A stretch of 58,383 nucleotides of DNA from an uncultured Bacilli bacterium (lineage in GTDB: Bacteria > Bacillota_I > Bacilli_A > RFN20 > CAG-631), in the NCBI GenBank assembly GCA_934215405.1, contig CAKPZU010000001.1, positions 1 to 58,383 on the forward strand. Direction: 5' to 3'. A program made the position numbers and the translations under genes. Below are positions 21,182-32,310 of this stretch, piece after piece. How positions within the stretch are numbered: the stretch's first letter is position 1; each line of letters opens with the position of its first letter. The notes below the pieces were generated by a model, which ran no database searches, was not told where the DNA came from, and saw only the letters and a list, made by a program, of their open reading frames with translations.

Positions 21182-22660
21182 ATGAAATACAAAAAAATAA
21201 GAATAATTAGTTTAATGTCATTTCTATTAATGGCTTCATGTAGTATTGATATGGGAGAAAGCGAAGAGGCTTCTTCTAGTAATAGAGAATATACAGGTGA
21301 AGAAATAGAAATTAATATTTCTGTATATGCAGCTGGATATGGCAAAGGCTGGATTAATGAGGCTTGTAGAATATATGAGGAAAAGCATCCAGAATATCGC
21401 TTTAAAATTCGCGCAAATTCAAGAATGTTTGATACTGTTAAAACAGAATTGAATACTGGAGTTTGCCAAAGTGACATAGTTTTAGTTGCTAGTTATGATT
21501 ATTTAAATTTAGCAACTAATGATAAACTTGAAGAAATATCTTCAGTTTATGACAGTGTAATTGAAGATAATAATAAAAAAGTAATTGATGTTACATCAAC
21601 TGAGCAATACCAAAAGATTTTAGTTGGTGAAAATAAGGATCGTGTTTATGGAATACCATGGCAAGACAGTTATTGTAGTGGCTTTATTTATAATAAAAAA
21701 TTATTTGCTGAAAATAATTGGAGTGTTCCACAAACAATGGATGAATTCTTTACTTTATGTGATAAAATAAGTGAAAAAAATATTGCACCTTTAGTTTATG
21801 GTGGTGGTCAACAAAATGGCTACGTAGGGATGGTTCCACCACAATGGCTAGTACAATATTATGGCTATGATTATATTCAAAATACATTTGAAAAATATGA
21901 ATCTCCAGTACAATATAAAGATACTGAAGAAGGAAGATTAAAGGCTTACCAAACTCTTGCAAGATTATTAAAGGGTACTACAAAAAATGGAAATAATATT
22001 GCCTTAACTGGCTCAAATGCTTTTACGGCTCAAGCAGCTCAAAGAGAATTCTTAAAAGGTAATGCAGCAATGGATATTTGTGGCGCTTGGTTTCCAACTG
22101 AAATGAGTACAATTTTAAAGGATTATCCTGATTTTGAATATGGATTCTTTAATTTACCACATATTAATTCAGATTTAAAGGATTGTAATGGTAATGATAC
22201 AAGTAATGTAAATTATTCATTACAAGCTAATTTACTAGCAATTCCGACAACTAGTAAGCATAAGGATGTTGCTAAGGATTTCTTATTAAGTATGTATACA
22301 AAGGAAAGCTATACAACATTTGTAAAAGAAAATAATGGTATCACAAGACCAATTGATGTAGAAATTGATGAAAGTGTTTTGAATGAATTTTCCAAATCTG
22401 TATATAGTCGTGCTAAGGAAAGTAAGAAAAACAACATTTGTGTTTATGAAACATCAACATCACCAATGGCAACGAATGGTTATTTAGGTCTTATGAATTT
22501 TAGTGCTGTGGATTATTATGCAAGAATTATTAACTCAGCAAGCTATGAGGATGCACTTGATGTTGCTAATACGGCAAGTAGTGCTGATTATCAAACTGCT
22601 TTATCATTCTGGGATAGTAAAACGAATAATTGGGATGAAAAATATTTAACAATTAAATAA
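21182..22660 (+). CDS. Extracellular solute-binding lipoprotein (CUT1 SBP)
   Basis: RBS aggagg and lipobox MASC. It sits beside permeases and is a paralogue of 38074..39771. Confidence 0.8.
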   Translation: MKYKKIRIISLMSFLLMASCSIDMGESEEASSSNREYTGEEIEINISVYAAGYGKGWINEACRIYEEKHPEYRFKIRANSRMFDTVKTELNTGVCQSDIVLVASYDYLNLATNDKLEEISSVYDSVIEDNNKKVIDVTSTEQYQKILVGENKDRVYGIPWQDSYCSGFIYNKKLFAENNWSVPQTMDEFFTLCDKISEKNIAPLVYGGGQQNGYVGMVPPQWLVQYYGYDYIQNTFEKYESPVQYKDTEEGRLKAYQTLARLLKGTTKNGNNIALTGSNAFTAQAAQREFLKGNAAMDICGAWFPTEMSTILKDYPDFEYGFFNLPHINSDLKDCNGNDTSNVNYSLQANLLAIPTTSKHKDVAKDFLLSMYTKESYTTFVKENNGITRPIDVEIDESVLNEFSKSVYSRAKESKKNNICVYETSTSPMATNGYLGLMNFSAVDYYARIINSASYEDALDVANTASSADYQTALSFWDSKTNNWDEKYLTIK

Positions 22661-22664
22661 TTTT

Positions 22665-23591
22665 ATGAAGAAATTATCGATTCAATGGAATAAATATAAA
22701 AATCCATTTAAAACAAAGCTATTTATCTTTTGCATGCTATTTATTCCAGTTAGCTGTTTTATAGTTTATGGAATCTATGCTAATTTTGGTGGCTTGCTAA
22801 TGTCTTTTCAATCATATGATAAGGAAAAGGAAAAAGTTGTATTTGTTGGTTTAAACAATTATAAATTATTCTTTTCACTATATGATCGTTTTAATTATGG
22901 AAAAATGATTGCTGTATCATTTGGCTATTTTGCAGTGGTTTTATTTATTTCACTACCAATATCAATTCTTGTAGCTTTTTGTTTATATAAAAAAGTCCCT
23001 TTTGGCAAAATAATTGTTGTAATATTATTCTTACCAAATATTTTACAATTATCACTACTTGGTGAATATTATAGACAATTATTTGATCCAATAAATGGTA
23101 TATTATATCGTTTCTTTAATTGGCTACTTGGCTTTAATGCTTCAAATGCTCCATCTTATTTAACTGATCCTAGATATTCAAATATAATGCTTTATGTATA
23201 TACAGTATCATTTGGCTTTGGCTATAATGCAATTTTACTATGGGGAGCAATGACTCGTATTCCACATGAGCTTGTAGAGGCGGCAAAACTTGATGGCGCA
23301 AATACATTTCAAGAATTCTTTAAAATTACAATACCAGTAATATGGCAAACATTATCAATGGTAATTGTTGTTACATGCATGGTACCATTTACTGTTTATA
23401 TGCAGCCATTAATTATAGCTTTTAATGGTCAAGCAGAAACAACAACTATATCATTGCTTGCTATTCAAGAGTTAACAAGAAATCCGTATTATTCAGCTGC
23501 AATTAGTGTTTTAATTGCATGTGTTTCAATACCATTTGTATTTGTTGTTAGAAAGCTATTAAACAAAGTATATCCAATTGTGGAGGTATAA
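22665..23591 (+). CDS. Carbohydrate ABC transporter permease (MalF-like)
   Basis: EAA loop VEAAKLDGANTFQEFFKITIP; six TM segments. Confidence 0.85.
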   Translation: MKKLSIQWNKYKNPFKTKLFIFCMLFIPVSCFIVYGIYANFGGLLMSFQSYDKEKEKVVFVGLNNYKLFFSLYDRFNYGKMIAVSFGYFAVVLFISLPISILVAFCLYKKVPFGKIIVVILFLPNILQLSLLGEYYRQLFDPINGILYRFFNWLLGFNASNAPSYLTDPRYSNIMLYVYTVSFGFGYNAILLWGAMTRIPHELVEAAKLDGANTFQEFFKITIPVIWQTLSMVIVVTCMVPFTVYMQPLIIAFNGQAETTTISLLAIQELTRNPYYSAAISVLIACVSIPFVFVVRKLLNKVYPIVEV

Positions 23592-23592
23592 C

Positions 23593-25188
23593 ATGGAAAC
23601 GTATTTTAAACGCTTTGGGGTAATGATTGATTGTTCAAGGAATTCAATTCTAAACATACAAACCTTTAAAAGGCTTGTAGATTATTTATCTATTTTAGGA
23701 TATAACAATATAATGCTTTATACAGAGGACACCTATGAGGTTGAAGGTGAGCCATATTTTGGTTATTTAAAGGGTAGATATAGTATAAATGAAATAAAGG
23801 AAATGGATGAATATGCTAAAAGTAAAGGAATAGAATTAACACCTTGTATTCAAACGCTTGCCCATTTAGCAGGTATATTTAGATATGTAGATTATATGAA
23901 TATAAAGGATATTGATGATATTTTGTTAGTTGATGATGAAAAAACTTATACCTTTATTGATCATTTATTTAATTCATTATCTAAAGCTTTTTCTTCAAGG
24001 AATATCCACATTGGTATGGATGAAGCTTTCATGCTAGGAAGAGGAAAATATCTAGATAAGTATGGAATTGAAGAAAAATCAATAATTATGAAAAAGCATT
24101 TAAATAAGGTGTTAGAGATAGCTACAAAATATAATTTTAATTGTGAAATATGGGGAGACATGTATTTACATGCTGCTTATGATAATGATAAAGATAATTC
24201 AGCATTTGTAAAAAATAATATACCTAGTAATTTAAAGCTTTGCTGTTGGGATTATTATCATGATGAAGAAAAAGATTATATTGAAATGATAGAAAAATAT
24301 AAAAAATTGTCAAGTAATATAAGCTTTGCTAGTGGTGCATGGACTTGGCTTGGATTTTGTCCAAATAATACCTATAGCTTAAGAATTACAAAGTCAGCAA
24401 TTAAAGCATGTATAAAGAAAGAAATAAAAGAATTCTATATAACTATGTGGGGAGATAATGGTGGCGAATGCTCTGTTTTTGGGGTTTTACCAACATTAGT
24501 AGCAGCATCACAGTTTGCTAAAAACAATTTTGACATAGAATCAATAAAAAAAATATTTAAAGAAAAAATAAAAATGGATTATGATACATTTAATTTACTT
24601 GAAAGCTTAGATAGAATATATAGTAAAAATGATAATGATAGAGAAGACCCATCAAAGGTTATGCTATATACCGATCCGTTTTTTAATATTTTTGAAACAC
24701 GAGTTATTGACAATACCGCAAAAAAATATTATCAAGATGTTGCTAAAAATTTAAAAAAAGGATTTAATAATGAAGATTTTTCTTATTTGTTTAAAATGGA
24801 ATATTCACTTGCTAGAGTATTAGAAATTAAATTTGAATTAAGTAAAGAAACGAAAAAAGCTTATAAAGCGAAAGATTTTGAAACGTTAAATAATATAGCA
24901 AATAAAAAATATCCGTTATTATTAAAAAGACTAGAAAGATTTTATAATGATTTTAAAGATTTATGGCTTAAAGAAAGAAAGCCATTTGGCTTTGAGGTAC
25001 AAGACATTCGTATTGGTGGAGTGATTCAACGAATCAAATATTGTCGTTTTAGATTAAATGAATTTTTAAATAATAAAATACGGGCAATTGAAGAACTTGA
25101 GGAAGAAATTCTTGAGCCATTAGGAATGAGTGGAGAAGGTATTGCTTATAATTACTATGGGGTTTTACCAACAACTTATAATATATAG
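23593..25188 (+). CDS. GH20-like beta-N-acetylhexosaminidase (cytoplasmic)
   Basis: The track start at 23578 is a TTG inside the upstream gene. ATG 23593 follows ggagg. RFGVMIDCSRN and IHIGMDEA match the GH20 R-x-x-x-D-x-x-R and H-x-G-x-D-E blocks. Confidence 0.65.
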   Translation: METYFKRFGVMIDCSRNSILNIQTFKRLVDYLSILGYNNIMLYTEDTYEVEGEPYFGYLKGRYSINEIKEMDEYAKSKGIELTPCIQTLAHLAGIFRYVDYMNIKDIDDILLVDDEKTYTFIDHLFNSLSKAFSSRNIHIGMDEAFMLGRGKYLDKYGIEEKSIIMKKHLNKVLEIATKYNFNCEIWGDMYLHAAYDNDKDNSAFVKNNIPSNLKLCCWDYYHDEEKDYIEMIEKYKKLSSNISFASGAWTWLGFCPNNTYSLRITKSAIKACIKKEIKEFYITMWGDNGGECSVFGVLPTLVAASQFAKNNFDIESIKKIFKEKIKMDYDTFNLLESLDRIYSKNDNDREDPSKVMLYTDPFFNIFETRVIDNTAKKYYQDVAKNLKKGFNNEDFSYLFKMEYSLARVLEIKFELSKETKKAYKAKDFETLNNIANKKYPLLLKRLERFYNDFKDLWLKERKPFGFEVQDIRIGGVIQRIKYCRFRLNEFLNNKIRAIEELEEEILEPLGMSGEGIAYNYYGVLPTTYNI

Positions 25189-25200
25189 GAGAAGTTACTT

Positions 25201-27072
25201 ATGAATTCTTTTTTAAGTGAAAAATATATTAATAAACAATATGAATTTAGAAAACAAACAGACGCTTTCTTTGAACGAGTTGATTATGGAGCAGCATATA
25301 GTGGCTTAATAAATAAAGTGATTAGTTTTGTTAATGAACATCAATTAACCAATAAAACGTTATGGGATTGCTTTGTTGAGCAATTCATCTTTCAAGATGA
25401 TGGAAAGGAAGAAAGATGGCGTGGTGAATATTTTGGAAAAATGATGCGTGGAGCTTGCTTTTCTTATAAGGTTACTAAGGATGAAAAATTATATATAATT
25501 TTACATAATGCTATAAATAAAATAATCCAAACTCAAGATGAAGATGGAAGAATAACAACCTATAAAAAAGAATATGAATTTAAAGGCTGGGATATGTGGG
25601 TTAGAAAATATGTCCTTTTAGGAATGGAGTATTTTTTAGAAATATGTCATGATAATGAATTTAAAGAAAAAATAATAAATTCATTAATTAAACAGGCTGA
25701 TTACATTATCAATCATATTGGAAATGAAAATGGGAAAATAACTATTCTTGATTCTTCAAACATTTGGGGAAGTATAAATTCTGCCACTATTTTGGAACCT
25801 TTTGTAAAACTTTATAATATTACTAGGGACAAAAAGTATTTATCTTTTGCTAGCTATATCGTTAAAAGTGGTGGCTGTAAGGAGCAAAATTTAATTGAAT
25901 TAGCTTTAAGTGATAATATGTATCCTTATCAATGCTGTGTTACTAAGGCTTATGAAATGATGTCATTTTTTGATGGAATAGCTGAGTATTATAGTGTTAC
26001 AAAAGAAGAAATATATAAAAAGGCTTTTTTAATGTTTGTCGATAAAATTATTGAAACAGATTATAGTATTATAGGTTGTGCAGGTTGTACACATGAATTA
26101 TTTGACCATAGTTCAATTCGTCAAACTACATCTCAAGACGAAGTAATGCAAGAAACCTGTGTTACTGTCACTTTAATGAAAATATTTACTAGAGCATTAG
26201 AATTAACTGGAGATAGTAAATATGCTGATCTGGTTGAAAAATCATATTATAATGCTTTTATAGGCTCAATTAATTTCAATAAAAATGATGAGCTTTATTG
26301 GGGAAAGGAATTTGATTTTCAATTTGATTATTCACCAAGCAAGGAATTTATTAAAAAGATTCATGGTTTAACATTTGATAGCTATTCACCATTATATAAA
26401 AATGCTAGAAATAGAAAAACTGGCGGCTATAACTTAATGCGTGGTAATAAAGCTTATGGTTGCTGTGCTTGTATTGGCTCGCTTGGTAGTGCAACCTTAC
26501 CACTTTATGCACTTATGCAACAAGAAAAAGGAATAGTTATTAATTATTATATGGGAATAAATACATTTATGTATTCACCAAATTTACAAAATATAAATAT
26601 TAATATGGAAACATCTTATCCATATAGTAAAAAGGTAATCATTAAAATTGATTTAGAAAATGAAGAAGAATTTGAGATAAAGCTTCGAATTCCATCATAT
26701 GTTTCATATGCTACTGTAAATAATGAAAAAATAACATCAAATGGCTATTATTCATTAAATAGAAAATGGCATCATGATATTATTGAATTAGAATTATTTT
26801 ATGATTTAAAGGTAGTAGAATTAAATGATAAAATAGCTATTGTTAATGGAGTAATTACTTATGCCATTGATAATAGAAATGAGAATATTAATAAAAAAGC
26901 AACAAATAAGATTTTATCTTATAAGATAAGTGAAAAAGATTTTCCTTGTAATAATCAAATAGATGTAGTTTTTTCAAATAATGAAACAATTAGAATGATT
27001 GATTTTTCATCAAGCGGAGCCAATTGGTATCAAGGCAAAAATAAATTAACAGTTTGGATGGACAAAGAATAA
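25201..27072 (+). CDS. GH127 (DUF1680) beta-L-arabinofuranosidase-like protein
   Basis: 623 aa. QETCVTV (E-x-C) and YGCCACIGS (CC) match the recalled Zn/Cys catalytic motifs of HypBA1-type GH127. Confidence 0.55.
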   Translation: MNSFLSEKYINKQYEFRKQTDAFFERVDYGAAYSGLINKVISFVNEHQLTNKTLWDCFVEQFIFQDDGKEERWRGEYFGKMMRGACFSYKVTKDEKLYIILHNAINKIIQTQDEDGRITTYKKEYEFKGWDMWVRKYVLLGMEYFLEICHDNEFKEKIINSLIKQADYIINHIGNENGKITILDSSNIWGSINSATILEPFVKLYNITRDKKYLSFASYIVKSGGCKEQNLIELALSDNMYPYQCCVTKAYEMMSFFDGIAEYYSVTKEEIYKKAFLMFVDKIIETDYSIIGCAGCTHELFDHSSIRQTTSQDEVMQETCVTVTLMKIFTRALELTGDSKYADLVEKSYYNAFIGSINFNKNDELYWGKEFDFQFDYSPSKEFIKKIHGLTFDSYSPLYKNARNRKTGGYNLMRGNKAYGCCACIGSLGSATLPLYALMQQEKGIVINYYMGINTFMYSPNLQNININMETSYPYSKKVIIKIDLENEEEFEIKLRIPSYVSYATVNNEKITSNGYYSLNRKWHHDIIELELFYDLKVVELNDKIAIVNGVITYAIDNRNENINKKATNKILSYKISEKDFPCNNQIDVVFSNNETIRMIDFSSSGANWYQGKNKLTVWMDKE

Positions 27073-27074
27073 TT

Positions 27075-27108
27075 AAAATAGCGTAACTTTAAATTGTTAC
27101 GCTATTTT
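27075..27108. terminator. Bidirectional rho-independent terminator
   Basis: aaaatagcgtaac-tttaaatt-gttacgctatttt gives a perfect 13-bp stem with A/T runs on both sides. It lies between convergent genes. Confidence 0.75.
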
Positions 27109-27116
27109 AATGCTAA

Positions 27117-27905
27117 TTAATCTAAATCAGCATCATATCTGTCGGTATTTATAAATCCTGCTTGTGTAAAGGCTTTAAAGTTATGTCTTATAATATAATC
27201 AATATATGAAGCTATCATTAAGCCAGTTAATTTATATCCACAAGCATTCATATGACCATGGAAGAAGAATTTTTCTTTAAAGTCTTCATCATAAGTTGGA
27301 GCATATTTATATAAATCAATTACGTAAGAATTACTATATTTTTCGGCAAATTTATAAAGTAATTCTCTATGAGCAAGCTTTTTATTACTAGGTGTTTCTT
27401 CTTCTCCCTCATTTGGCATTGAAACAAAGAAAAACTTAGCATTTGGAGCTATTTTTTTATATTTTAAGATGATTTGTTGATAATAATTAGACATTGTATC
27501 TTTATTATTTTCTAAATCATCAATATCACCAAGCTCTAGCTTACAGCCATCATTAAATAAATCATTAACGCCTAAAGCAATAATATAGGCTTCACATTTT
27601 TTTTCATCATCATAAGCGTTTATTTCATTAGCAAATGTATTTATATATTCTTTACAGCTCATACCACCACGAGAAAAGTTATATACCTTAACGCCAGCCA
27701 TTCTAGCAATATATTGCCCCCAAGAGTATTCATATCTATCATGCCATTCATGGATATCACCTTTAACATATTCAAACTCACCTGATGATAAAGAATCTCC
27801 AATACAAGCTATATTTCTAAATATTGAAATATATCCTCCATCGTCTTTAATATTTTCAAGTGGCAATTCATTTTCATTTACTTTAACTAACTCATCGATT
27901 TTCAT
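27117..27905 (-). CDS. SGNH/GDSL-family hydrolase
   Basis: CIGDSLSSGE (GDS block), RGGMSC, LGVNDLF and a C-terminal His block. Confidence 0.7.
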   Translation of the reverse strand: MKIDELVKVNENELPLENIKDDGGYISIFRNIACIGDSLSSGEFEYVKGDIHEWHDRYEYSWGQYIARMAGVKVYNFSRGGMSCKEYINTFANEINAYDDEKKCEAYIIALGVNDLFNDGCKLELGDIDDLENNKDTMSNYYQQIILKYKKIAPNAKFFFVSMPNEGEEETPSNKKLAHRELLYKFAEKYSNSYVIDLYKYAPTYDEDFKEKFFFHGHMNACGYKLTGLMIASYIDYIIRHNFKAFTQAGFINTDRYDADLD

Positions 27906-27919
27906 TATTTATCCTCACT

Positions 27920-28729
27920 TTAATTTTTATTAATTTTTTTATATGTGCTTGGAGACATATGGTAGTGTTCTTTAAACACATGATTAAATCTACTTAAACT
28001 ACTATAGCCAAGTGACAAGGCAATGTCAAGCATTGACATATTTGAATGCAAAAGTAAATCATGGGCCGCTGACATTTTTGTTTTTGTTAAATAAGAAATT
28101 AATGAGCAACCCATATATTCCTTAAACATTCTTGCAAAGTGTGAATGCGAATAGCCACATCTTGCTAAAATGTCTTGTACTGACCAATTCATATTACTTG
28201 GAGAATTTATTTGTAATAGTAAATCAGATAACTATTTTGGACGATTATCGTTATTGGCATAATCATTTTGGCTAATAGCTTTTTCAATTATATAGCTTAC
28301 AAGTAAATGTGCAATTAAATCCTTATCAACATTACTATCTTTCAGTATTGATGTATAGACAAATACTTTTTTAAGTTGACTATCGTTTAAGTGAAAAGGA
28401 AAAACTTCATGGTTTGTAAGCAAATCATATGTTTTAGGTGAAAAAAGATCACATAATGACTTAATAAAATGAGTTTTAATCATTACATTTAAGTGATATG
28501 AATTATTATCGTTATTATAAATTGCATGATAATCATTAGGCCTAATTAAGTAGCCAGAATTTTTATAAACAATATTTTCTTTCCCATTTATTACATGCTT
28601 ATATGATCCTTCAGCAACAATAAAAAACTCCCAATAATCATGATTATGCAAAATTGAATAATCAGTATAATTTATCCAAAAGTCTATATCTAAATTTTTA
28701 TTAGATGCATCATCTTCCCATTTGTTCAT
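27920..28729 (-). pseudogene. AraC-family regulator split by an in-frame TAG
   Basis: The cupin half (28232..28729) and the HTH half (27920..28192) are in the same frame. TAG at 28232..28234 gives ...DNRPK*LSDLLLQI, which aligns with NAPEWLNDLYLRL of the AraC at 35676..36518, so the stop sits at a Trp position. Confidence 0.75.
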
Positions 28730-29054
28730 ACCTTTATTTTATAAATATAGATGAAAAAGTCAAACAGTAAAATGAAAAAAACAAATTTTTTAAGAATTAA
28801 TGCTGCTTTTTCGTACTACAATGATAAAAAACAACAAATTTATGAGATATTTATACAAGCAATTAAATGTCATATCTTTTATAATATTTTTAAGAAATAA
28901 TTTATAAATAAATGAGCTAACTATTAAGAAGTCAAGAAGAAATTCTAGGATTTCTTAATTGTTTAGATAAAAGGCATTAAATGAGAAATATGAATGCCAA
29001 AAAGAATGTATAGGTTATATACATTCAAAGATCTTTGAAAAGTTAATATGGTTA

Positions 29055-30146
29055 TTAGTTGTTTATAGGTTGATATTCACAATTAGTTTTGAGAATATGA
29101 AAAATAACTCTAACAAGTTTCTTAGAAACATGCCCAATGGCACAATTGTATGACTTGCCTTCATTAATCTTCTTATTGAAGTAAGCCATAAAAGTTGGAT
29201 CATGTTTAACAATTATTCTTGACGAAATAATAATTGCGTTTCTAAGATGAGATGATTATCTTTTAGAAATTTTTGTATTTTCAGTTTTATATTTACCCGA
29301 TTCATAAACGATTGGATTTAAACCTGCATATGCAAGTAAAGAATCAGCGTTTCTAAAATTGTCTATTCTGCCAATTTCACCAATAATACCTGCAGCACAT
29401 ATAGCGCCAATTCCTGAAATACTAAGAAGATTAGAACAATGCTCTTTTGTAAGAGTTACTAATTCTTTAATAATTTCTTCCTTTGATTGACGATATAATA
29501 AGATAATATTAACAAGTTGTTTAATAATCAATCCATCTGAATACGAATATACACCAACAGTTTCATTAGCTGCTTTCAAAAATGCTTCAACTTGTTCTTC
29601 ACTAAAGTGTCCATAAGAAGTTTTAGCACAAAAATTAGCAAGAGCATCTTTGTGTTTTCTTTTATATGCAGATGGAATTGTATATAATTTAAGGAGTTCA
29701 AATGGTAAAATACCCTTTAATTTAGGGGAAAATCTTAAAAACTCAGGTAAAACGACATGAATTTTACCAGTCAACTCATTAGTTGTCATATTTATCAACT
29801 TGTTATATTTTATAAGTTCTCTATCTTGTCTATTTTCGCATAATGGACTTTTAAAGATAGCTGAAACATATTGGTTAATAACGGGTTAATAAAAACAACC
29901 GAACAGTCTTTATCGTCATTAAAACTGTTTAAAATAGTGGTGGAATACAACACCGGTAGATTCTATTCCTATACGTATTTTAGAATCATTGAACAACTTC
30001 TTAGCATCATTAATGTAGCCGAGAAGTTTTTTGTATTCTGATTTTGAATTTTTAATTTGAAATATACTTTTGAAAATTTCACCATGTTTTGACATAATAC
30101 AAACATCGTGCTTTTCAGAAGCTACATCAATTCCTACATAAATCAT
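29055..30146 (-). pseudogene. IS110-family (DEDD) transposase, decayed
   Basis: N-terminal MIYVGIDVASEKHDV...GIESTG (29919..30146). A frame break follows; the INPLLTN segment is in another frame. The central part carries ISGIGAICAAGIIGEIGRIDNF...AYAGLNPIVYESG. In-frame TAA at 29256..29258 is followed by 66 more family-like codons (SSHLRNA...GKSYNCAIGHVSKKLVRVIF) down to 29055. Confidence 0.8.
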
Positions 30147-30444
30147 AAAAATCTCCTTTCTTTATTGATGTCACGAAACCCTACAAGCATCTTGTCACGT
30201 GATCTAGTAAACAACCAGTATTGGCATGATATCCAATCTGTAACCAACTAATAACCATATTAACAAGAGTTGCAGCTATAGTCTCCTTTAACCAGTCAAT
30301 CACTGCTGTTAGAAAAATTAATAGTCTGCGACATCAGAATGTATCAATAATATCACATTGATATATCCACCACAAATATTTCTCAATTTTAGAAAGGAAA
30401 GATACTATATAAATGGTGGTAACTATATAGTACTAGGATAAATA

Positions 30445-32302
30445 ATGTCAAAATTAACTTTAAAAAACATTTATAAGGTTTATGATGGTGGCGTTATGGC
30501 TGTATCAGATTTTAATTTAGAAATCAATGATAAGGAATTCATTGTTTTTGTTGGACCTTCAGGATGTGGAAAATCTACAACTTTAAGAATGATTGCAGGC
30601 CTTGAAGAAATAACATCAGGTGAATTATATATTTATTGATGACACATTAATGAATGATATTGAGCCTAAAGATAGAAACATTGCTATGGTCTTTCAAAAT
30701 TATGCCTTATATCCTCATATGAGTGTCTTTCAAAATATGGCTTTTGGCTTAAAACTTAGAAAAAATGCTAATGAAGATATTGAAAAAAGAGTTAAAAGAG
30801 CTACAGAAATATTAGGTATTACTGATTTACTAACAAGAAAGCCTAAGGCCTTATCTGGCGGTCAAAGGCAACGTGTTGCCTTAGGAAGAGCAATTGTTCG
30901 TGAGCCTAATGTATTTTTACTTGATGAGCCTTTAAGTAATCTTGATGCTAAATTAAGAGTACAAATGAGAACTGAAATTACGAAGCTTCATAAAAAGCTA
31001 GAAACAACATTTATATATGTAACACATGATCAAAAAGAGGCTATGACAATGGGAGATAGAATAGTTGTTATGAAGGATGGTTTAATTCAACAAGTAGACA
31101 CACCAGCTACTTTATATGAAGAACCTAGTAATATTTTTGTTGCTACATTTTTAGGCTCTCCTCAAATGAATATTTTTAAAGTTAATTTATTTAAGGATAA
31201 AACAGTAAAAGCTTCATTTGGAAAGAATATTATCGATTTTAAAGAAATAAAATCTAAGCAATTAGTTGATGAAAAATATTTAAATACTGATGTTGTATTT
31301 GGAATTAGACCAGAAAATATTTCTGTGACAGATAAAGGAATTGAGGCTGTTGTCGACCAAGTTGAGCATTTAGGTAGTGAAACAATTATTTATGCTAAGA
31401 TTGATGGAATAAATGAAACGATTACTGCTAAAATACCAACTAATCATAACATTAAAACAAATGATATTATTCATCTATCATTTGATGTCTCTAAATCACA
31501 TTTGTTTGATTTAAAAACAACATTATCTATTATGGGAGTACCTAAGTATAATGATATAAGCTGTAGAATTGAAGAAAACTATCTAGTTTTTAAAAATGAA
31601 AGAATTAAAATTTCAGAAGATGCTGCTTCACATCTTTTACCCTATGCTAAGGATGAATGTAGTAGAATAAAAGTGTTAACTAATAAAGTGTCATTATATG
31701 ATGTTCCTTCTTCCTTTAAGGTTCATTGTAAGGTTGAATTTAAAGTATCAGGAAGCGATAACGATGTATTATACACAAGGTGTGCTTTAAAGGATAACTA
31801 TTTCATCTTTAGAGTTAAAAAAGGCGATATAAAGGAAAATGATGAACTTGATGTATATATACCTTTTAAAGATATTTCTTTTGTAAATGATAATAATGAC
31901 AGGTTAAACACAAAAGAAATAGTACATAATAATGTAGCAAAGTGCTTAGTTAAAACAAAAAATAATAAAAGAATTATTGATATTAAATGCACTAAGCTAG
32001 TGTTCGATGATTTAGATGTTAAAGATGGGGAATATAATTTTACATTACTATCTAATAAGGTTGAATTTTTATACAATAAAAAATATGCTAAGAAGAATAA
32101 AATTACTCAAGAAAGTAAAGTAAACACTATTAAGGTTAGTGTTTATGATGAAGATATTATTGGAAGTAAAAATATTGCCTTTGTAAAAATTAATGGCTTT
32201 GAGCATTATGTAACCTTATCGTTAGATTATAAATTCAGTGTTTATAAAATGCCTGAATTTGAAATAGTAATTAATAAAGATAACTTTATATTAAATAAAT
32301 AA
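30445..32302 (+). pseudogene. MsmK/MalK/UgpC-type sugar ABC ATPase, frameshifted, with a long C-terminal extension
   Basis: Walker [10 protein letters not shown], then GELYI, then a frame change, then DDTLMNDIEPKDRNIAMVFQNYALYPHM, LSGGQRQR and LLDEPLSNLDA. A TATT|TATT tandem duplication at 30630..30637 explains the +1 shift. Removing 4 nt restores the exact spacing of recalled MsmX. Confidence 0.85.
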
Positions 32303-32310
32303 TAATAAAA

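Noticed and set aside
25186-25203. GH20 and GH127 are in the same reading frame across the GH20 TAG, raising the idea of a read-through fusion.
   Set aside because: GH127 has its own RBS (aggag) and ATG at good spacing. Frame identity has a one-in-three chance, and TAG terminates several other intact genes here.
30423-30436. The 14-nt word ctatatagtactag upstream of the ATPase gene is the reverse complement of 53919..53932 in the MarR-operon promoter, which could indicate a shared operator.
   Set aside because: A rough expectation for 14-mer matches between two strands of a 58-kb AT-rich sequence is several by chance, and the word is mostly TATA-like low complexity.
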